From assembly GCA_036337155.1 (NCBI GenBank), contig JAYZET010000004.1:8352-72351 (forward strand): a DNA stretch of 64,000 nt. Direction: 5' to 3'. Source of the DNA: Pseudomonadota bacterium. GTDB lineage: Bacteria; Pseudomonadota; Alphaproteobacteria; UBA8366. A program made the position numbers and the translations under genes. Shown piece after piece: positions 55,203-64,000 of the stretch; the stretch's first letter is position 1; each line of letters begins with the position of its first letter. Below the pieces are notes generated by a model that had not been told where the DNA came from, did no database searches, and worked only from the letters and a program-made list of their open reading frames with translations.

Positions 55203-56959
55203 TTGAACGGATAAAACGCGCGCGCCGCCTTGCTCATCCGATGCCAGTCATACAGCGCGGTGCGCGGCGCCGTGCACCATGCCCGGCCGAAGAAAAAATT
55301 GGACCTGTGAGGGAAGCCATCGAAACGGGCCGCAAGCGTCTTACCATCATGGCGGCGATCTTGTTGCTAGCCTTTTCGGTTGTCGGACTGCGTCTCGTGG
55401 ATATCACTTTGATGCAGGAGGCGATGGAGCCACGGGTCGCGCGTGCGCCCAATACCGAAACACCGCAATTCACACGAGCCAACATTGTCGACCGCAATGG
55501 TGCTCTACTCGCAACAAGTTTACCCACGGCTTCTCTCTATGCAGACCCGCGCCAGGTGATTGACGCTAAGAAAGTGGCTGAGCGCCTCGCAGAAGCGCTG
55601 CCCGGTCTCGATAGCGAGAAACTGGCTGCTAGGTTAGCCTCAAAACGTGGTTTCGTTTGGATTAAGCGTCATCTGACACCGCGTCAGCAAAAGAATGTCA
55701 TTGGTCTCGGTCTACCGGGTGTCGATTTCCGGCGTGAGGAGAGGCGGGTCTATCCCCAGGTCCGGCTATTGTCACATGTTGTCGGGTACGTCGACATAGA
55801 TGAAAAGGGCATCGCTGGAATTGAACGTCATTTCGAGGACGAGCTTCGTCGGCGCACCGAACCGCTAGAGCTGTCAATCGACATGCGAATTCAACACGCA
55901 CTTTGCGGTGAATTGGCAGCGGCTCAGAATGAGTTTGATGCGGTGGGCGCAGCTGGGCTTGTTCTCGACGTACGCACCGCTGAAGTAATGGCGATGTGCT
56001 CGCTGCCGGATTTCGATCCAAACACGCCGATGGCAACTTCGCGCGTTTCACGATTTAACCGTGCCGCGCTAGGGGTTTATGAACTTGGATCCGCCTTCAA
56101 GATCTTCACCACGGCTATGGCACTTGACGGAGGCATAGCGCGCCTCGAGGATCGTTATGACGCGACCAAGCCGCTTAAGATTTCTCGATTTACGATTCGA
56201 GACTATCACGCGAAGAAGCGTTGGCTCTCGGTCGAAGAAATTTTTATGTACTCCTCAAATATTGGCTCCGCGCGGCTGGCTAGCGAGGTTGGAGGTAAGA
56301 CCCAACGTTCCTTCCTTGACAGTATAGGCCTTCTCAAGCCATCCGCGATCGAATTACCCGAAGTAGGCACGCCAATTTTGCCACATGTTTGGCGGCCGAT
56401 TAACACCATGACGATTGGATTTGGTCATGGCATCGCGGTGAGTCCACTGCAGTTGGCAGCGGGCGTTTCTGCAATGGTCAACGGTGGTGTCTATCGACAA
56501 CCTACTATGCTCAAGCGTTACAAGGCAGCACCGGGCCGGCGGGTGATTTCAGAACGAACGTCGAATACGTTGCGCAAGCTTTTGCGCTTAGTAGTCGAAG
56601 AAGGTACGGGTAGTCGAGCGGATACTTCGGGTTACCGAGTTGGCGGGAAAACGGGTACGGCCGAGAAGAGCGGAGCCGAAGGTTATATTAAGCGGGCCTT
56701 ACTCTCATCCTTCATTGGCGTGTTTCCGGTCGATGAACCTCGGTTCGTCATCTTTGCATTGCTCGACGAACCGAAAGGCACCAAGAAGACAAACGGCTAT
56801 GCGACTGGTGGCTGGGTTGCTGCGCCCATCGTCGGACGCGTTGTACGCCGTATTGGTCCCGTCGTCGGTATTCGGCCTTATCCGGAAAAGTTGCCGTCGA
56901 ATCGCCGCAATTTAGTCATGAATCGAGCCCATGGGGCAGCCACACTCGCATCCTATTGA
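55199..56959 (+). CDS. ftsI: peptidoglycan D,D-transpeptidase FtsI (PBP3)
   Basis: N-terminal TM, PBP dimerisation domain, SAFK, SSN and KTGTA motifs. Position in the dcw cluster. Confidence 0.9.
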   Translation: MIERIKRARRLAHPMPVIQRGARRRAPCPAEEKIGPVREAIETGRKRLTIMAAILLLAFSVVGLRLVDITLMQEAMEPRVARAPNTETPQFTRANIVDRNGALLATSLPTASLYADPRQVIDAKKVAERLAEALPGLDSEKLAARLASKRGFVWIKRHLTPRQQKNVIGLGLPGVDFRREERRVYPQVRLLSHVVGYVDIDEKGIAGIERHFEDELRRRTEPLELSIDMRIQHALCGELAAAQNEFDAVGAAGLVLDVRTAEVMAMCSLPDFDPNTPMATSRVSRFNRAALGVYELGSAFKIFTTAMALDGGIARLEDRYDATKPLKISRFTIRDYHAKKRWLSVEEIFMYSSNIGSARLASEVGGKTQRSFLDSIGLLKPSAIELPEVGTPILPHVWRPINTMTIGFGHGIAVSPLQLAAGVSAMVNGGVYRQPTMLKRYKAAPGRRVISERTSNTLRKLLRLVVEEGTGSRADTSGYRVGGKTGTAEKSGAEGYIKRALLSSFIGVFPVDEPRFVIFALLDEPKGTKKTNGYATGGWVAAPIVGRVVRRIGPVVGIRPYPEKLPSNRRNLVMNRAHGAATLASY

Positions 56960-56963
56960 GTAA

Positions 56964-58409
56964 TTGAATGGAGCTAAATTGACCCACGCCACGGTGTTCG
57001 ATGATGTAAAAATAACAGGACTGACTGCGGATAGCCGCAAGGTCAGGCCCGGTTTTCTTTTTGCCGCAATACCGGGGACGAAACTTGATGGACGTGATTA
57101 CATCGATGAGGCAGTTCGTGCCGGAGCGGCCGCTGTTTTGGCTCCGCCTGATGTAACACAAGATCGTGTCACGCCGGGGGTCTCTCTGATCACGGCGGAC
57201 AATCCACGACATAGTCTTGCGCGTATGGCAGCGGCATTTTATGGGAACAAGCCGGAAACGATCGTCGCTGTGACAGGAACAAACGGCAAGACGTCAGTTG
57301 CTAACTTTACACGGCAGATATGGACCGAGACGGGTCGCAAAGCAGCGAGCCTCGGGACACTCGGTCTGATTGGTCCGGGACACGGTGAGGGAAGCAATTT
57401 TACTACGCCGGATGCAGTAGCGCTTAACTGTATCCTCCACAAACTTGCTCAAGAGGGCGTGCAGGATGTGGCGCTGGAAGCTTCGAGCCATGGCCTCTGC
57501 CAGTTCCGCTTAGACGGCGTGCCAATACAGGCTGCCGCTTTCACTAATCTGACTCGGGACCATCTCGACTACCATGGTTCAATGTCAGAATACCGACGTG
57601 CCAAGATGCGCTTGTTTCGCGAACTGCTATTGCCTGGCGGTGCTATCGTGGTCAACGCGGAGACACCCGAATATCCAGCTTTGCTGGAGTTGTCGCGAGA
57701 GCAGGGGCATGAACTTTTTTCATACGGATTCGCAAAGGGTGATATTAAGTGTCGCGCGATGGAGGCGACAGAGGATGGCTGGTCACTCATCTTAAACATT
57801 CTCGGCACTGAACACTCTGTTAAATTTCCGTTGATGGGGTCATTTCAGGTGGCGAACGCTCTCGCAGCCCTTGGACTCGTGATCGCATGTGGAGGTGAAT
57901 ACGCTAAGGTAACCGCGGCTCTGGAAGTATTGAATGGGGTGCCGGGACGTATGGAGACAGCAGCACGACTGCCTTCGGGTGCGCGCATTATAGTTGATTA
58001 TGCGCATACGCCTAATGCGCTTGAAGCCGTGCTGACAGCCGTTCGCCCGCATGTAGCTAATCGGTTGATGTTAGTTTTTGGTTGTGGTGGCGACCGAGAT
58101 CGGGGGAAGAGGCCCGAAATGGGATTGATCGCAGCCCAACTCGCTGATGGTGTCGTTGTGACTGACGACAACCCTCGGCATGAGAATCCGGACGCCATAC
58201 GTAAGGAGATATCCGCCGCCTGTCCCGGTTGCGTCGAAGTCGCTGGACGATACGATGCGATCCGTGTCGCCATGTCGCAGTTGGTGGAGGGCGACATTCT
58301 GGTCGTCGCTGGCAAAGGGCATGAAACTGGCCAGATTTTGGGAAATGAGACTATTCCCTTCTCAGATGTCGAGGTAGTGCGGGACTGCGCGCGGGAAGTT
58401 GCCCGATGA
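56964..58409 (+). CDS. murE: UDP-N-acetylmuramoyl-L-alanyl-D-glutamate--2,6-diaminopimelate ligase MurE
   Basis: VTGTNGKTS P-loop, DYAHTPNALE, and a DNPR motif (VTDDNPRHENP) specifying meso-DAP. TTG start at 56964. Confidence 0.9.
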   Translation: MNGAKLTHATVFDDVKITGLTADSRKVRPGFLFAAIPGTKLDGRDYIDEAVRAGAAAVLAPPDVTQDRVTPGVSLITADNPRHSLARMAAAFYGNKPETIVAVTGTNGKTSVANFTRQIWTETGRKAASLGTLGLIGPGHGEGSNFTTPDAVALNCILHKLAQEGVQDVALEASSHGLCQFRLDGVPIQAAAFTNLTRDHLDYHGSMSEYRRAKMRLFRELLLPGGAIVVNAETPEYPALLELSREQGHELFSYGFAKGDIKCRAMEATEDGWSLILNILGTEHSVKFPLMGSFQVANALAALGLVIACGGEYAKVTAALEVLNGVPGRMETAARLPSGARIIVDYAHTPNALEAVLTAVRPHVANRLMLVFGCGGDRDRGKRPEMGLIAAQLADGVVVTDDNPRHENPDAIRKEISAACPGCVEVAGRYDAIRVAMSQLVEGDILVVAGKGHETGQILGNETIPFSDVEVVRDCAREVAR

Positions 58410-58442
58410 CTGCATCCAAAATATTTGCGGGCGGAGGCGGTC

Positions 58443-59528
58443 GTGCTTTTTAATCTGCTAGTTCCAATGGCGGACGACTACATTGTCTTTAATCTATTTC
58501 GCTATCTTACGTTTCGGACCGGTGGCGCAATCATGACTGCGCTGTTCGTCAGTTTTATTTTTGGGCCGGCAGTAATCAATTGGTTGAAGAATGCGCAAAA
58601 CGGCAATACTCCGGTGCGCGAGGATGTTCCTGAGGGACATCTGAAGAAGATTGGTACGCCGACCATGGGCGGATTCCTTATCTTGATGGCAATTTCCATC
58701 AGCACCTTGCTATGGGCCGATTTACGGAATGGATACGTCTGGATCGTGCTTTTAGTTACGATTGGTTTCGGCGCAGTAGGCTTCGCTGATGATTATCTAA
58801 AGTTGACAGGCCACAAATCGCATGGCCTGCGAGGGCGAATAAAACTGTTCTTCGAAATTCTAATTGCTGCGGTCGCCGTTTGCTGGTTCTTGGTCATCAC
58901 TCCGGATCCTCTCTCCGGTAGTCTCGCAATACCGTTCTTTAAGAATGTCTTGGTCAATCTTGGTTGGTTCTTTGTTCCTTTTGCCGTATTTGTTGTGGTG
59001 GGGGCCTCAAACGCAGTGAACCTCACAGACGGCCTTGATGGTCTTGCCATCGTTCCTGTTATGATTGCCGCCGCCTGTTTTGGTTTCATTGCTTATCTCG
59101 TTGGCAATACAGTTTATTCTGGGTATCTGCAGCTTAACTACGTACAGGGCGTAGGAGAACTCGCGGTTTTCTGCGGTGCGTTAGTGGGGGCAAGCCTAGG
59201 GTTTCTTTGGTATAACGCTCCACCTGCGATGGTCTTCATGGGCGACACTGGCTCGCTATCGGTCGGCGGTGCGCTTGGTTCAATTAGCGTCATTACGAAG
59301 CATGAAGTGGTCCTTGCGATTATCGGCGGTCTTTTCGTTCTGGAGACGGTCTCAGTCATTGTTCAGGTCATCTCGTTCAGGTTGACTGGAAAGCGTGTTT
59401 TCGCGATGGCACCGTTGCATCATCATTTCGAGAAGAAAGGCTGGGCCGAGTCAACCATCGTCATTCGCTTCTGGGTTATAGCGTCGATCCTGGCGCTAGT
59501 CGGTATGTCAACCTTAAAGCTGAGGTGA
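58443..59528 (+). CDS. mraY: phospho-N-acetylmuramoyl-pentapeptide transferase MraY
   Basis: [30 protein letters not shown] and MGDTGSL motifs. GTG at 58443 (MLFNLLVP...) has GGAGG 5 nt upstream. A TTG at 58425 is also open. Confidence 0.9.
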   Translation: MLFNLLVPMADDYIVFNLFRYLTFRTGGAIMTALFVSFIFGPAVINWLKNAQNGNTPVREDVPEGHLKKIGTPTMGGFLILMAISISTLLWADLRNGYVWIVLLVTIGFGAVGFADDYLKLTGHKSHGLRGRIKLFFEILIAAVAVCWFLVITPDPLSGSLAIPFFKNVLVNLGWFFVPFAVFVVVGASNAVNLTDGLDGLAIVPVMIAAACFGFIAYLVGNTVYSGYLQLNYVQGVGELAVFCGALVGASLGFLWYNAPPAMVFMGDTGSLSVGGALGSISVITKHEVVLAIIGGLFVLETVSVIVQVISFRLTGKRVFAMAPLHHHFEKKGWAESTIVIRFWVIASILALVGMSTLKLR

Positions 59529-59532
59529 TTGG

Positions 59533-60936
59533 ATGATTGATCTCAGCGCCTTCAAAAATAAACGATTCGCGGTTATGGGGTTAGGCATGTCTGGTCTCGT
59601 TGCTGGAGAAGCATTGTGCGCAGGCGGCGCCGAAGTTATCGCTTGGGATGATAGTGAAAGTCGCCGAAGTGATGCGGAAACGCGGGGTGTGCCAATCGTA
59701 CGTTTGGACGACGTTGATTGGATGGGTGTCGAGGCGCTGATTCTGAGCCCCGGTATACCCCACACACACCCCAAACCGAACCCGGTAGCATTGAGTGCCA
59801 AAGAAGCTGGGGTAGCCATCGTCGGCGATGTCGAGTTGCTTTTCCGCACCCAACCGAAAGCGTCCTTCGTCGGTGTCACGGGGACTAACGGTAAGTCCAC
59901 TACAACGGCATTAATTAGCCATATTTTAAACTACGCTGGCCGACGTTGCGCTGCTGGTGGAAACCTTGGTTTACCGGCGTTGTCGCTCGAGCCGCTCGGT
60001 TCCGAGGGCATCTATGTTTTGGAAATGTCATCCTACCAATTGGAGCTAACGCCCTCGGCCCGTTTTGAAGTCGCGATACTACTTAATATCAGCCAGGATC
60101 ACCTTGATCGGCACGGTGGTATGAACGGCTACGTCTCAGCCAAACGCCGAATTTTTGCTCAACAGGAAGTGGGCGATGTGGCTATTGTGGGTGTCGACGA
60201 TCAAGAGGCACTTAGTCTATTACTTTGCTTATCTGCTGAGCGTTCGAGCGGAATTGTGCCAATCTCCACCGAGCGCGAAGTGGGGGGGGGAGTCTACTCC
60301 AAAGGCTCTATGCTTATTGACGCTAGTGGTGCAGTTCCGCGCGAAGTTTGCTCGCTTGCCGATATTGAGGCTTTACCTGGATCCCACAATGCGCAGAATG
60401 CCGCCGCCGCATATGCGGCGGTGCGGGCTGTTGGTGTAACGGCGGAGATTGCGGCCGCTGCGCTTGAAACCTATCCCGGCCTGCCGCATCGCCAGCAACT
60501 AGCGGCAATTATTGACGGTGTACGTTACATTAACGACAGCAAGGCGACGAATCCTGAGGCCGCGGCCAAAGCGCTGTCGAGCTATGAAAAAATTTATTGG
60601 ATCGCTGGCGGTCGCGCTAAAGAGGGCAGCCTAGAAGCGTTGTTTCCTTACATTTCACGTGTCAATCGGGCTTTCCTCATCGGTGAGGCCGCAGAACAAT
60701 TGGCTAACCAACTTTCTGGTCTTACACAGACCGAATTATGTGGTGACCTACAATGCGCAGTGAATGCGGCGGGTCAGGCCGCGGTTGGGGAAAAAGCGGT
60801 TGTTTTGTTGTCACCTGCCTGCGCATCGCACGATCAGTTTGTTAATTTTGAGCAACGGGGCGAGATGTTCTGTCGGCTTGCAGCGCAAAGGCCAGGTATC
60901 GATCGAGATATCCGTTATGGCGGGAAGGCGTCTTGA
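59533..60936 (+). CDS. murD: UDP-N-acetylmuramoylalanine--D-glutamate ligase MurD
   Basis: GLGMSG N-terminal Rossmann-like motif, VTGTNGKSTT P-loop, NDSKATN. Confidence 0.9.
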   Translation: MIDLSAFKNKRFAVMGLGMSGLVAGEALCAGGAEVIAWDDSESRRSDAETRGVPIVRLDDVDWMGVEALILSPGIPHTHPKPNPVALSAKEAGVAIVGDVELLFRTQPKASFVGVTGTNGKSTTTALISHILNYAGRRCAAGGNLGLPALSLEPLGSEGIYVLEMSSYQLELTPSARFEVAILLNISQDHLDRHGGMNGYVSAKRRIFAQQEVGDVAIVGVDDQEALSLLLCLSAERSSGIVPISTEREVGGGVYSKGSMLIDASGAVPREVCSLADIEALPGSHNAQNAAAAYAAVRAVGVTAEIAAAALETYPGLPHRQQLAAIIDGVRYINDSKATNPEAAAKALSSYEKIYWIAGGRAKEGSLEALFPYISRVNRAFLIGEAAEQLANQLSGLTQTELCGDLQCAVNAAGQAAVGEKAVVLLSPACASHDQFVNFEQRGEMFCRLAAQRPGIDRDIRYGGKAS

Positions 60937-60939
60937 GCC

Positions 60940-62055
60940 ATGTCTATCGCCCGGACGGACAATTCTATTCTCGGCCGCTGGTGGTGGACCATCGACCGTT
61001 GGACGTTGTTCTCATTAATAATGCTTTCAATGATAGGTGTCATGCTCGCGATGGCGGCGAGTCCTTCAGTCGCAGAGCGCATTGGTCTTGAGCCACTTCA
61101 TTTTGTGCGCCGACAGTCGGCTTATCTGCCACTCGCGTTAATTGTCATGGTTGCCGTCTCCCTGCTTTCACCTATTAGCATCCGACGTCTCGCCGTTGTT
61201 GTATTGCTTGGCGCCCTAGTCTTGCTTATTGCCACCTTATTCGTCGGTACGGAGATTAAGGGAGCAAAAAGGTGGATCAGCGTCGCTGGTTTTTCCTTGC
61301 AGCCGTCTGAATTTGTAAAACCCGCGTTGGCAATCGTGTGCGGTTGGATGTTTGCGGCACGGCGTCTCGGCGAGGAAATACCGGGCAATTTAATTGCATT
61401 CTTGTTTTTCGCATTGGTTGCGTTCTTGCTCCTGATGCAACCTGATGTTGGCCAGGTGCTAGTTATTTTGGCAGTCTGGTTTAGCCAGTGGTTTTTGGCA
61501 GGCCTGCCGATGATATGGGTCGCCATGTCTGTAGGCATTGGCATAGTGGGGCTAATCGCTGCCTATTTTGTATTTCCTCATGTTGCGAGCCGTATCGACC
61601 GCTTTATTGACCCGAGATCAGGCGACAACTATCAGGTCGATCGTGCGATGGAAGCCTTTCTGAATGGTGGACTTTGGGGGCGCGGGCCGGGAGAAGGGAC
61701 GGTAAAGAGTTATCTACCAGATGCTCATGCCGACTTTATTCTTGCCGTTGCGGGCGAGGAGTTCGGTCTTGTGCTTTGCTTCGTTATCGTTGGTTTGTTC
61801 GGCTTTGTAGTGTTTCGTGGCATCATTAATTTAATGCGCAATTCAGATTTTTTCGTTGTCATTGCGGCCACAGGCTTATTAGTGCAGTTCGCACTACAGG
61901 CATTAATTAATATGGGATCGACCACCAACCTAATGCCAACTAAGGGAATGACCTTGCCGTTTATTTCCTATGGCGGTTCGTCTCTGTTGGCACTTGCATT
62001 TGGTATGGGTGCGCTTCTCGCATTGACTAGGCGACGTGCGGGAGGAACGCGATGA
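60940..62055 (+). CDS. ftsW: SEDS-family lipid II flippase/peptidoglycan polymerase FtsW
   Basis: 10-TM SEDS pattern, QPSEF, DFILAVAGEEFG, PTKGMTLPFISYGGSS. Confidence 0.9.
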   Translation: MSIARTDNSILGRWWWTIDRWTLFSLIMLSMIGVMLAMAASPSVAERIGLEPLHFVRRQSAYLPLALIVMVAVSLLSPISIRRLAVVVLLGALVLLIATLFVGTEIKGAKRWISVAGFSLQPSEFVKPALAIVCGWMFAARRLGEEIPGNLIAFLFFALVAFLLLMQPDVGQVLVILAVWFSQWFLAGLPMIWVAMSVGIGIVGLIAAYFVFPHVASRIDRFIDPRSGDNYQVDRAMEAFLNGGLWGRGPGEGTVKSYLPDAHADFILAVAGEEFGLVLCFVIVGLFGFVVFRGIINLMRNSDFFVVIAATGLLVQFALQALINMGSTTNLMPTKGMTLPFISYGGSSLLALAFGMGALLALTRRRAGGTR

Positions 62056-63194
62056 GCGAGGTTCGTCCAATCGTACTAGCGGCCGGCGGAACTGGCGGCC
62101 ATGTTTTTCCCGCACAAACACTGGCGGCCGAGTTGTGCGGGCGGGGTTATCGCCTCGTCCTGTTGGCAGATCGCCGCAGCCAGTCACTTGACGGAGCACT
62201 TGGTGAACTTGAGGTCCATCGTATCGATGGCGCGGGCGTTAGCGGTAAAGGATATCTTGCAAAGGCAGCGGCAATGCTGCGGCTGGCCCGGGGTTACTTA
62301 CAGGCGCGACGGTGCCTTCGTCGGTTAGATCCGATAATGGTCGTTGGTTTCGGCAGTTACCCTTCGGTTCCCACCGTGCTTGCTGCGCAGCATCTTGGTT
62401 TGAAGACACTGATCCACGAACAAAATGCAGTGCTTGGACGTGCCAATCGGCTGTTGGCTACAAGAGCCACACGAGTAGCTACCGCATTTGAGTCCGTGCG
62501 TGAGTTGCGCGCTGTCGACTGTGAAAAAACTGTTTGGACAGGCAACCCTGTGCGACCCGAAGTGATTGCAGCGCGTGACCAGGTTTATGCTCCTCCTCGT
62601 AATGACAGAGATGTCAATCTTCTCGTCGTGGGAGGCAGTCAAGGCGCCAAGTATTTTGGCGAAATCGTGCCGCGTGCACTTATCTTACTTGAAGAGGGGT
62701 TGCGTTCCCGGTTACGGGTCGCCTTGCAATGTCGTGTCGAGGAGATCAACACCGCAAAAATCAAACTTCATCGCGCCAAAGTTCGCGCAGAGGTTTCGTC
62801 ATTTTTCGATAATATTCCAGAGAGACTTGGGTCTGCGACTCTTGTCATTTGTCGCGGTGGCGCGTCTACGGTAGCGGAACTGATGGCTGTTGGCCGTCCG
62901 TCGCTTTTAGTACCATTTCCCCATGCGACAGATGATCATCAAACGGCGAATGCGGAGGGGCTTTGCGACGCAGGCGGCGGTTGGATAGTTCAGCAGAATG
63001 TGTTGAGTCCGGAGATATTAGCTGAGCGGATTGAATCACTTTTGCGGCCAGGTCCAACCTTAACGGTTGCGGCTAATTGTGCCCGACAGATGGGTAAGCC
63101 CGAGGCTACTGCGCGGCTTGCCGATCTCGTAGTCGAAGAACTTAAGGGTAATGGCAGAAACCTAATTGCTGATCGGCAGGAGGCCGTCGCATGA
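62052..63194 (+). CDS. murG: undecaprenyldiphospho-muramoylpentapeptide beta-N-acetylglucosaminyltransferase MurG
   Basis: [13 protein letters not shown]-terminal motif, GGSQGA, and [11 protein letters not shown]...H.TDDHQT.NA. Confidence 0.9.
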   Translation: MSEVRPIVLAAGGTGGHVFPAQTLAAELCGRGYRLVLLADRRSQSLDGALGELEVHRIDGAGVSGKGYLAKAAAMLRLARGYLQARRCLRRLDPIMVVGFGSYPSVPTVLAAQHLGLKTLIHEQNAVLGRANRLLATRATRVATAFESVRELRAVDCEKTVWTGNPVRPEVIAARDQVYAPPRNDRDVNLLVVGGSQGAKYFGEIVPRALILLEEGLRSRLRVALQCRVEEINTAKIKLHRAKVRAEVSSFFDNIPERLGSATLVICRGGASTVAELMAVGRPSLLVPFPHATDDHQTANAEGLCDAGGGWIVQQNVLSPEILAERIESLLRPGPTLTVAANCARQMGKPEATARLADLVVEELKGNGRNLIADRQEAVA

Positions 63195-64000
63195 AGGAAA
63201 TGCCGCTTTCCATAGGAAACATTCATTTTGTAGGCATTGGCGGCATCGGCATGTCGGGCATTGCCGAGGTTATGCACAATCTCGGCTATTCTGTGCAAGG
63301 CTCCGACATCTCTATTGGTGGCAATGTTGAACGATTGGAAAAACTTGGTGTCCGCGTGGCTATAGGACATACCGAAGAAAACGTAGCCGAGGCGGATGTC
63401 GTTGTTATCTCCTCTGCTGTTAAAGTTAACAATCCGGAAGTGGTCGCAGCGCGATCCCGGCTCGTGCCGGTGGTAAGGCGGGCTGAAATGCTAGGCGAAC
63501 TCATGCGCCTCAAATGGTCGATCGCGGTTGGCGGCACACACGGCAAGACGACGACAACCTCGTTAGTATCTGTCATACTTGATCATGCCGGTTTCGATCC
63601 GACGGTAATCAATGGTGGAATTATAAACGCCTATGGCACCAACGCGCGGCTTGGTGCGGGGGAATGGATGATCGTCGAAGCCGATGAATCGGACGGCACA
63701 TTCGTAAAATTGCCGGCGACAATTGCTGTGGTCACGAATATTGATCCCGAGCATCTAGATTTTTATGGCGATTTCGAAAAAGTTAAGGATGCTTTCAAGA
63801 CATTTATCGAGAATATTCCATTTTACGGTTTTGCCGCTCTTTGCATCGACCATCCCGAAGTTCAGGCGATGATTGGGCAGATTACTGACCGCCGTATCAT
63901 CACCTTCGGTGTGAGTCCTCAGGCTGAGGTTAGGGGCGAAAATTTGAGCCAAGGTCCTGGCGGGACCATCTTTGATGTCGTTTTTTCAGCGCGCAATGGC
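63191..64000 (+). CDS. murC: UDP-N-acetylmuramate--L-alanine ligase MurC (3' end outside window)
   Basis: The ATG at 63191 overlaps the murG stop (ATGA). It reads [33 protein letters not shown]...[10 protein letters not shown]. The frame stays open to the window end, so it is not in the ORF track. Confidence 0.9.
   Translation, partial: MKEMPLSIGNIHFVGIGGIGMSGIAEVMHNLGYSVQGSDISIGGNVERLEKLGVRVAIGHTEENVAEADVVVISSAVKVNNPEVVAARSRLVPVVRRAEMLGELMRLKWSIAVGGTHGKTTTTSLVSVILDHAGFDPTVINGGIINAYGTNARLGAGEWMIVEADESDGTFVKLPATIAVVTNIDPEHLDFYGDFEKVKDAFKTFIENIPFYGFAALCIDHPEVQAMIGQITDRRIITFGVSPQAEVRGENLSQGPGGTIFDVVFSARNG

Overview
This reads as an alphaproteobacterial chromosome segment. The evidence is Caulobacter-type short flagellin, alpha-type FtsL, type-A RNase P RNA, Tct/Bug transporters and an mraZ-led dcw cluster. 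It is mid-GC by eye, densely coding, and mostly housekeeping or metabolic. I support about 58 protein genes, one tRNA-Thr(CGU), the RNase P RNA, two decayed gene remnants and one tandem duplication. I saw no CRISPR array, transposase, integrase, recognisable defence genes or rRNA.

Layout:
- 1-13.1 kb: metabolism and repair genes plus the tesA/ybbA/ybbP-like triad.
- 13.1-15.1 kb: a visibly AT-rich islet against the 3' end of tRNA-Thr.
- 15.4-30 kb: a TPR/GT41 glycosyltransferase, a phosphoesterase-HAD fusion with a Gate-domain membrane protein, Ctp protease, MFS, PBP1A, and a lone flagellin.
- 30-37.5 kb: a Tct transporter and an ArsR/permease/aquaglyceroporin cluster.
- 37.6-52 kb: acyl-CoA ligases, a PrpB-like/aconitase pair, DjlA and an amidase.
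- 52.2-64 kb: rnpB, then mraZ-rsmH-ftsL-ftsI-murE-mraY-murD-ftsW-murG-murC.

Most interesting observations:
1. An AhpD/CMD-family gene in the islet is interrupted by an in-frame TGA exactly at the second Cys of the CxxC redox motif. A SECIS-like hairpin follows, and a same-frame ORF continues downstream. This is a candidate CxxU selenoprotein that conventional ORF calling splits in two.
2. A diverged 392-bp tandem duplication spans the rsmH-3'/ftsL-5' junction. It creates an intact chimeric ORF (FtsL N-terminus fused to an RsmH C-terminal copy) inside the dcw cluster.
3. murF is absent between murE and mraY (33-bp gap).
4. Three TCCCA boxes spaced exactly 10 bp apart lie upstream of mraZ (MraZ-operator-like).
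5. An orphan MlaF-like ATPase lacks the H-loop histidine and has no permease or MCE partner.
6. There are two gene remnants (Zincin_1-like; Cys/Met PLP-enzyme 3' end) and two genes whose conserved N-termini appear to need non-canonical starts (CTG, ATT) behind strong Shine-Dalgarno sequences.

All family assignments come from motif recognition by eye. No searches were run.
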